Shown here in pieces: positions 55,439 to 61,310 of a stretch of 61,310 nucleotides of DNA. The translations under genes were made by a program, and so were the position numbers. The notes below the pieces were generated by a model that saw only the letters and a list, made by a program, of their open reading frames with translations, was not told the origin of the DNA and did no database searches. This stretch comes from a virus (taxonomy: Duplodnaviria > Caudoviricetes): the IMG/VR virus record IMGVR_UViG_3300009506_001467, positions 1 to 61,310 of that record; one strand, given 5' to 3'. Each line of letters opens with the position of its first letter. The first letter of the stretch is position 1.

Positions 55439-55807
55439 TTACTCTAGATTCTCAGCGACCCACTCGATCAGTTTCCCTCGGTCGTGGTCGTCAAACCACG
55501 ACGGGAGCTCGATGTCCCAGGATTCGCGGCCCTCGTCGGAGAGAGCATATTCTACCAGCTCCTCTGCGGTGCCCTCGCCTAGATTCTGGCTAATGTTGTA
55601 CGCCAGTTCGCGGAGCCAGTTGACCTGCTGTACGCGGTCGTCTGTGTCCAGTCGCCAGTCTCGATCTATTACAGTGCCCTCCTCTCGATACATCCGGTCT
55701 ACTGCCAGACGTACAATGTCGGTGCGGTTTCCGAAACCGAGTGACGAGAGCGCGTGGATTTGTCTCTCTGTGGCCTCGGTGAGCTGCATACTGACCTGTT
55801 TCGGCAT
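55439..55807 (-). CDS. Ribbon-helix-helix (CopG-like) protein
   Basis: KQVSMQLTEATERQIHAL...GNRTDIVRLAVDRM; AGGAG RBS. Confidence 0.65.
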   Translation of the reverse strand: MPKQVSMQLTEATERQIHALSSLGFGNRTDIVRLAVDRMYREEGTVIDRDWRLDTDDRVQQVNWLRELAYNISQNLGEGTAEELVEYALSDEGRESWDIELPSWFDDHDRGKLIEWVAENLE

Positions 55808-55855
55808 TGTGTTCTCCTGGCCGGGATTGCGGCTCCCGGCGGGCCGTTGGGTGAG

Positions 55856-56077
55856 TTAGTTGTCTCGAAATGCGATGAGCAGCTCCTCGTTGGTGACTCC
55901 GTGGAGGACATCTGTGTTCTCGATGATGGCAATCTGTCCGTCCACAATTTTGCCTACCGGGAATGAGTGGTTTTTGGTGCGGCTGCTCTGACCCCCGACG
56001 AATACCCAGCCCGTCTGTCCGTTCTGGAACATTTTGTAGCTCGTGTACCGGATTTTGATCGTTTTGTTCGTGTTCAT
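55856..56077 (-). CDS. Hypothetical protein
   Basis: AGGAG RBS; own promoter. Confidence 0.6.
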   Translation of the reverse strand: MNTNKTIKIRYTSYKMFQNGQTGWVFVGGQSSRTKNHSFPVGKIVDGQIAIIENTDVLHGVTNEELLIAFRDN

Positions 56078-56118
56078 TGTTTTCTCCTGTCTGTGTAGTG
56101 GTTGTTTATCCTGACTGT

Positions 56119-56147
56119 ATTATATACGATTTTCGTACATTTGACAA
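56119..56147 (-). promoter_or_regulatory. Promoter of the two-gene cassette
   Basis: TTGTCA-17-TATAAT on the minus strand. Confidence 0.55.
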
Positions 56148-56245
56148 TATACAATTCTGCACGTTTCCATGAGTTTTCTTTGAGTTTACGCATAGAGGAT
56201 TGAACAATTCTACAACGTTTGGATTGACCTGCGTTTTAGGCAGGA

Positions 56246-56285
56246 TAAGACACACATTATGCACGCTGATGGTTTCTGCGGTGGG
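56246..56285 (+). repeat. Imperfect direct repeat, copy 2
   Basis: taagacacacattatgcacgctgatggtttctgcggtggg. Confidence 0.7.
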
Positions 56286-56579
56286 GCTCTGCGGGTTTTT
56301 CTGCACTTGTGCGCAGAGACGATCGAGTTCAACGATCGCCCCGATCACTGGGAGAGCTCGATCATCCCTCATGCGGCTCGCTACAACATTCAAGAGATGC
56401 GCCACGCTCTCGCACACGTTCAGCTCTCTCTACTCTGTATGGCGCAGCTCATGGGCGAGATGGCGGGCAAGCCCTATAACATAGTAGAATGGGCGCTCAC
56501 TCTCTCCTCAGGAGAGGACGTCTCTCGAGGTGTGCGAGTGCGCAGAGAGATCGAGGACACATGCCAAGAAAGCTCTTGA
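56259..56579 (+). CDS. Hypothetical protein
   Basis: ORF with genome-typical codons; its ATG lies inside the direct repeat. Confidence 0.45.
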   Translation: MHADGFCGGALRVFLHLCAETIEFNDRPDHWESSIIPHAARYNIQEMRHALAHVQLSLLCMAQLMGEMAGKPYNIVEWALTLSSGEDVSRGVRVRREIEDTCQESS

Positions 56580-56779
56580 TCGTTGAGGAGGTCACGGACG
56601 ACGATCTCATGCAGCCTTACAAGCTCCAGCAGAGATGGTGGATGGAGCAAGCTCTCAATGCAGTGCTCGATCAGAACAGTCCCAAAGCTCGAGAGCTGCT
56701 CAAGCGTCTCGACCACATGCACCTACAGGATCTCTCTCAAGCTCTGCGAGTACTAGAGAGCATTATCCAGCTCATCTGA
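56561..56779 (+). CDS. Hypothetical protein
   Basis: GAGGA RBS before ATG 56561. Confidence 0.5.
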   Translation: MPRKLLIVEEVTDDDLMQPYKLQQRWWMEQALNAVLDQNSPKARELLKRLDHMHLQDLSQALRVLESIIQLI

Positions 56780-56814
56780 GCTCACAGCTCGCTCTCACAG
56801 CTCAGCCCCACAGA

Positions 56815-56918
56815 CACAAAAAGCCCCGGAGGGCTCTGTGCTACACTTGCTCCCGGGACTCTTTGATCCTGCTTGCTATAGTACCACCATTATACTGCTA
56901 CACCCCTACCCCTGTCAA
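56815..56918 (-). ncRNA. Candidate sRNA unit
   Basis: TTGACA-18-TATAAT (56918-56889), then about 70 nt ending in an agtcccgggag/ctccggggct stem and U tract; no ORF. Confidence 0.45.
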
Positions 56919-56949
56919 CCGCATGACCTAGTATGCCAACCCTCACCCC

Positions 56950-57405
56950 CTACCTGCACCACTGGGGCGCATTGTAGAAGCACATGCAGCTTGGTGAGCC
57001 GTTCTCGTACACTTGATCGCACGGCAACCCGTACACGGGCACCCACACACCGTTGACCTTGCCCGACGTCGGCGCGATCGTCGTCTCTCTCACCTCAACC
57101 GCCTCGCTCGCCTTGACGACGGTCAGCGGCGACTTGAGGGGCAGCGGAGAGTCAAACGTCGGCATGGGGTCGCTTTCGTTCCACCTGCACATCCACCACT
57201 GAGCACCAGACCAGTGCTCGATGAACGAGCACTCAGCCGCCTCGGGCATGCCGCACGTCGGGTACTGCGCACCATCGTGCTTGTAGTATACCGTCCCGTC
57301 GTCTCTGTACTGTAACGGGCTGCACGGTCCTACGGGTCCATCCGCACTGCTCTGTACTGCGAGCAGAAGCAGAGCTATGAGTAGAACTACCGACAACCTT
57401 TTCAC
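56950..57405 (-). CDS. Secreted Cys-rich protein
   Basis: Signal peptide KRLSVVLLIALLLLAVQSSA; eight Cys in two clusters. Confidence 0.6.
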   Translation of the reverse strand: MKRLSVVLLIALLLLAVQSSADGPVGPCSPLQYRDDGTVYYKHDGAQYPTCGMPEAAECSFIEHWSGAQWWMCRWNESDPMPTFDSPLPLKSPLTVVKASEAVEVRETTIAPTSGKVNGVWVPVYGLPCDQVYENGSPSCMCFYNAPQWCR

Positions 57406-57415
57406 TTTGCATCTC

Positions 57416-57658
57416 CTAGCGTGTCTCGATGTACACAAGATTGCTCGCGCCCGGCTCGAGCAGTAGGGAGCCGTCTGTCGCAGAGATCCCGAGCCTGATC
57501 CCGCTGCCATCTCTGGTTCTGTACTCTTTGATCCTGTACTCTATGCCGCCGATCTCTATTCTGACAAAGTGAGCATTATGGATCTCTACCTTCTCGTCCT
57601 TCTCGCTCACGTTCACAGAGACCCAGGGCTTTGAGAGGTGCTCTACCTTGATTCTCAC
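57416..57658 (-). CDS. Hypothetical protein
   Basis: GGAGGG RBS; packed ORF. Confidence 0.55.
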   Translation of the reverse strand: MRIKVEHLSKPWVSVNVSEKDEKVEIHNAHFVRIEIGGIEYRIKEYRTRDGSGIRLGISATDGSLLLEPGASNLVYIETR

Positions 57659-57659
57659 T

Positions 57660-59369
57660 CTACCCCTCCTTCTCGATCACTACGATCGATGTCTCGATCT
57701 GCGTACCCTCAAACACACTGCCCAGATCGATCTGCTCTGCATCCAGCAGATCCAGGTAGTGCTCGATCTGGTACAGTGCGCCCGTGGGCAGCAGGGCAAC
57801 GAGACGACCGCCGACCGCGAGAACGTGCATAGCCTTTTTGAGATGGGCGATCCACGCTCGCTTTGAGTATGGCGGGTTCATGACGATCCCACTATACAGC
57901 TCTCTGGGCTCGTACTCTAGAAAGTCTGCACACACGAGCTTGCCGCCCGCCTTCTCGCTCAACCTCTGACCCGTCGCGTTGAGCTCGCAAAAGTCTACCT
58001 TGAGACCGGGCCACTGCTCTTGCAGCCAGCGGATGAGACGCCCGTCTCCGCTGCTCGGCTCGAGAAACTGGGAGAACAGACCAAAGCGAGCGAGCAGATC
58101 GGGAACGTTGAGCAAGTCTACCATCCTGCCCGCAACGTCCCCGGGCGTGGGATGGTAGTCGTTGTCATACGTGACGACCGTCTCGACCTGCTCCACTTTG
58201 TCGACCAGCTCTTTGGCCTCCTCTTTCTCCTCGTCCACTGCTTTCTGAGCTCTCGGCCCGCAATTCTCTCGCCCGAGTTTCTCCGTCTCTGTGAGCTGCT
58301 GGTACTGCTTTTCACTGAGCACCTGGGCGATGTTCTCATAGTCCCACTTGCGGATACAGAACCGCTGTGTGTACGTGTTCATGTCTACGCTCACAGTAGA
58401 GATCAGGCCCGTCTCTCTAGACTTGTTGACCCTGACCACTCTCGCCCAGCCGCCCCACCGTCTGTTTCTGATCCAGTCTCCTTTCCTGATCTCTCTCTGC
58501 TCGTTCGTGCTGCCCTCGAGCCCATCGGTGCGCACGACCTCATAGATGGATTCCCAGTAAAAGATCTGGCCCTCGAGGTGATCGATCCACCTGTCGTACC
58601 AGGGACGTCTCTCGAGCACGTTCTCGATGTACTCGGTTCTGAGCTCGAGCTGGTCCTCTCTGCTCAGATCTGCAAAACGCATGTGCCGATGGTTCTCGAG
58701 CACAAATTGACCGTCCTCGTCCTCTCTGCGCTCTGCGACCCACCACCAGACGAAACTCCGAAAGCTCTCGGGCGTTCTCTTTCTATCCCTTTTCATCTTG
58801 CGCAGCTCTGTGCGCAGACTCTTGATCCGTCTGTACGTGGTACCGGGTGCGAACTTGTGCGCCGCGTTCCTGATCACCCCTTGCGCTCGCCACTTCCAGT
58901 AGTCCCGGCGATCGAACTCCTCAACGGTCTTGCTTGCAGCTCGCTGCGCTTTCTCGATCGCCTTTCTGTGCTTGCGCTCAGAGTGATGACCTACCAGAAT
59001 CGGTTGCCCAAACGGTATGCCCTCGATCGCTTGCCGACTCCTCTCTGCTTGCTCGTGAGCTCTGCTCGCTGCGTTGTCTCTGTACCCGGCGAACCTGATA
59101 TACCGATCCTCTGCTCGCTCTGCGAGAGTCGTGCCCTCCGTCTCGATCTCATCGCACAGAGCAAGAGCAACGTCCTCCCGCTCTGGCGTCCAGACCTGAA
59201 AGAAACAACCCTGGACTGGCGCTCGACCGAACCCGGCATCTCTCAGAGCAAGATACATCGATCGCGGCACATACCCAGTATAGATCCTGATCTCGTCATC
59301 GCTTGGATCATACGTTGCGCTCTCTGCCTCATCCCTATACTGATCCCAGAATCCGCTCTCTACTTTCAC
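57660..59369 (-). CDS. DUF3560 domain + class I SAM-dependent (N6-adenine-type) methyltransferase
   Basis: GIPFGQPILVGHHSERKHR (DUF3560 hallmark); YHPTP...LEPSSGDG...DFL...IVMNPPY; GTG 59369 overlaps the upstream stop. Confidence 0.85.
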   Translation of the reverse strand: MKVESGFWDQYRDEAESATYDPSDDEIRIYTGYVPRSMYLALRDAGFGRAPVQGCFFQVWTPEREDVALALCDEIETEGTTLAERAEDRYIRFAGYRDNAASRAHEQAERSRQAIEGIPFGQPILVGHHSERKHRKAIEKAQRAASKTVEEFDRRDYWKWRAQGVIRNAAHKFAPGTTYRRIKSLRTELRKMKRDRKRTPESFRSFVWWWVAERREDEDGQFVLENHRHMRFADLSREDQLELRTEYIENVLERRPWYDRWIDHLEGQIFYWESIYEVVRTDGLEGSTNEQREIRKGDWIRNRRWGGWARVVRVNKSRETGLISTVSVDMNTYTQRFCIRKWDYENIAQVLSEKQYQQLTETEKLGRENCGPRAQKAVDEEKEEAKELVDKVEQVETVVTYDNDYHPTPGDVAGRMVDLLNVPDLLARFGLFSQFLEPSSGDGRLIRWLQEQWPGLKVDFCELNATGQRLSEKAGGKLVCADFLEYEPRELYSGIVMNPPYSKRAWIAHLKKAMHVLAVGGRLVALLPTGALYQIEHYLDLLDAEQIDLGSVFEGTQIETSIVVIEKEG

Positions 59370-59836
59370 AGACCATGCTCCTCTCTTTGTATTCTCTCGA
59401 GTGCTTGCTCGACCCTGACCTTTGGCACAGTGTTCTTGACCACGAGCAGCTCTCTCGCTGTTCTCTCGCTGCAAGTGGTTGTCCGCAGCTCTGGGCGATC
59501 TCTATGCCAGTATCTGACCCAAACAATATTTCCTTGCTGTGATGTCACGAACCCACGCTCGCAGTCTGGGTGGCTGGTGTCGCCCAGTGCATGACTCGGC
59601 ACATAGATCACCTGTGTTCCTCTCTTGAGCAGTCTGTGCCTCCTGCCATGTTCGTATTCTACCGCCCGGGCGATCTTGTCGATAGGTACAGCATACCCGT
59701 AACCTTCTACCATGATCACCGGGCTGCTTGATGTGTTCTCTATGTAGATCATCGTCCCGCTCTTGAGCTCGCCCACATAGCTCTTTTCTGAGCACTCGCC
59801 CGTCACATCCTGCAGCTCGATCTCGATCTTGATCAT
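59366..59836 (-). CDS. Hypothetical protein
   Basis: ATGA overlap; GTQVIYVPSHA...HPDCERGFVTS motif. Confidence 0.6.
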   Translation of the reverse strand: MIKIEIELQDVTGECSEKSYVGELKSGTMIYIENTSSSPVIMVEGYGYAVPIDKIARAVEYEHGRRHRLLKRGTQVIYVPSHALGDTSHPDCERGFVTSQQGNIVWVRYWHRDRPELRTTTCSERTARELLVVKNTVPKVRVEQALERIQREEHGL

Positions 59837-60270
59837 GACTCTTGCTCCCTGTATAGCAAGAACCCGCCGCCGACAAAGCGATCGTACACTGGCCCACGAT
59901 ATGACCACTGTATCGCGTTTGGCCCCATGAGCTCATATGCTCGCTCTGCCGCTCTCACGTCTCGCTCTGGCACGAGAAAGCGCACAAGATGGTGCCGCCC
60001 AGCGAGCAGTCCCATGCTCTCTGCTTGCTCGAGATCGTCTGGATCGCTCAAGTCCAGCGAGTGCGGAAACACCTTCCAGCTCTTGCGCATCCACTGCTGG
60101 ACCTTGCGCACTGAGCAGCCTAGTCGCTCTGCGATCTCAGGCTGGGTGAGCCAGCGATCGCTTTCGAGTCCCTCAGAGCTCAGATCCTCAGCCATACCGA
60201 ACTCGCACTCAATGCACTGCTCTCGAGTCTCATACGTCTTGCCGCACCAACACTTCCATACCTGTTGCAT
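59833..60270 (-). CDS. HTH DNA-binding protein with an N-terminal zinc knuckle
   Basis: CWCG...CIEC; WLTQPEIAERLGCSVRKVQQW (excisionase-type HTH); AGGAGG RBS. Confidence 0.65.
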   Translation of the reverse strand: MQQVWKCWCGKTYETREQCIECEFGMAEDLSSEGLESDRWLTQPEIAERLGCSVRKVQQWMRKSWKVFPHSLDLSDPDDLEQAESMGLLAGRHHLVRFLVPERDVRAAERAYELMGPNAIQWSYRGPVYDRFVGGGFLLYREQES

Positions 60271-60329
60271 TGCTTGCCTCCTAGTCTAAAATGGGGGAGA
60301 GAGCTTGAGCTCTCTCCCCTTGCTCACTG

Positions 60330-61310
60330 CTACCATTCTACTCTCTTTGTAGCAAACGCTGCGATCTCGTTGTAGCGCCACTCGAGCAGCTCAACGAGCT
60401 CTTGGGTGCGCTCCTCCTCAGAGAATGAGCGCCAGGGACTCGCATAGTTTCCCGCTCGCTCAACGTGCTCCACAAAGTCTACATACTCGGGCTCCTCTCC
60501 GACGTCTACAAAGTGATCGCGCAGTGGATCGCCCACCTTGACCAGCCACTGCTTGACCTCATCCTCGAACTCTCGCTTGATGTCCTCGAGACGGTCAAAC
60601 TCGCTCAACAGAGCCTGGTAGTCCCGGTTGCGCTCTAGAATCTTTCTAGTGATCTCCTCCGCTGCGCTCTCTGCGCTTGCTCTGCACTCTTTGCGCAGTC
60701 TCTCAACGATGTACTCAAAGGGGTATGCCTTGCAGAGCGCATCCACGATCAGACTGTAATAGTCTCGAGTGCGCATTGCCTCGACCTCGAACCCGTGCGG
60801 TGTATCCTCGTTTGGATCAATGTTGTAGGCATCTGCCCCGCACTTTGGGCAGCGGTGAGAGTGCATATAGTACTCCGGGTCCTCGTCCTCGTTCAGAAAC
60901 TCTAGATCCTCTGGGTTCTCCCAGATCGAGAGCACGGGCCAGATGTGGTTGCAGCTCGAGCACTGAGCGAGAAAAAGAGCCTGCTTTTCTGCCCAGCTCT
61001 GATACCCTTTATTGCTCACCTTGACGTTGTACCAGCTCTCGTCCCAGGTGTACCCCTTCTCGAGCACGCTCTCTGGCTTGATTCCCACCCGCACCTCGAT
61101 GATATTATCTGTGTACCGTCTCGCCTGTTCTGCAAAGGTCGGGCCGATCACTGCCTCACCATCATAGTCGTGGTCCGAGATGTGCAGAATAACCAGCGGG
61201 TCTTTCCAGAAGGGGTCATAGTCGGGCGACCAGCGGAAGTGCTCGCGGAGCACTTTCTCGATCGCTGCTTTCGAGCTCTTGCCCTTGCCCGAGTAGACCG
61301 AGGTTGCGCC
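60330..61310 (-). CDS. 3' part of the junction-spanning Toprim-domain protein, with a zinc ribbon
   Basis: SDHDYDG Toprim motif; CSSC...CPKC zinc ribbon; FEVEAM motif; continues from bases 705..1. Confidence 0.75.
   Translation of the reverse strand, partial: GATSVYSGKGKSSKAAIEKVLREHFRWSPDYDPFWKDPLVILHISDHDYDGEAVIGPTFAEQARRYTDNIIEVRVGIKPESVLEKGYTWDESWYNVKVSNKGYQSWAEKQALFLAQCSSCNHIWPVLSIWENPEDLEFLNEDEDPEYYMHSHRCPKCGADAYNIDPNEDTPHGFEVEAMRTRDYYSLIVDALCKAYPFEYIVERLRKECRASAESAAEEITRKILERNRDYQALLSEFDRLEDIKREFEDEVKQWLVKVGDPLRDHFVDVGEEPEYVDFVEHVERAGNYASPWRSFSEEERTQELVELLEWRYNEIAAFATKRVEW
61167..61310. repeat. Terminal direct repeat, right copy
   Basis: Identical to 1-144. Confidence 0.95.

Noticed and set aside
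58020-59594. 524-aa plus-strand ORF
   Set aside because: Antisense shadow of the DUF3560-methyltransferase gene
59833-60270. Excisionase implying an integration module
   Set aside because: The HTH is excisionase-like, but no integrase or att-like context is recognisable
1-61310. Genome-wide TGA reassignment (genetic code 4 or 25)
   Set aside because: Many genes end in TGA with ATGA/GTGA coupling to the next gene, and long genes are intact under code 11; only 18235 looks recoded

Overview
This window looks like a complete, circularly assembled tailed-phage genome (siphovirus-type morphogenesis genes). Bases 1-144 repeat exactly at 61167-61310, so the unit length is about 61,166 bp, and a Toprim-domain gene runs across the junction. 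The + strand from about 0.9 to 33.5 kb carries ParB-like and radical-SAM genes, terminase, portal, head, tail and lysis genes. The - strand from about 33.7 to 50 kb carries early DNA-metabolism genes: UvrD and DinG helicases, an ERCC4-like nuclease, an AAA ATPase, an adenine MTase, and HNH/GIY-YIG nucleases. A + strand operon at 50.1-55.2 kb has a ParM/ParR-like partition pair, membrane proteins and a SleB-like hydrolase. A last - strand block includes a DUF3560-methyltransferase. I recognised no integrase, DNA polymerase, reverse transcriptase, tRNA or CRISPR array, so a phage-plasmid lifestyle is plausible (inference). Main highlights: (1) an unannotated neck-region gene with one in-frame UGA directly followed by a SECIS-like hairpin, a candidate phage selenoprotein; (2) an intact response-regulator receiver domain fused to a coiled coil and TM anchor, between endolysin and holin; (3) several stand-alone promoter-terminator units (candidate sRNAs) and two long structured RNA candidates; (4) ATGATC-repeat sites, one forming a 29-bp inverted repeat; (5) a probable +1 frameshift in the tail chaperone. 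All family assignments come from motifs recognised by eye; no database searches were run.
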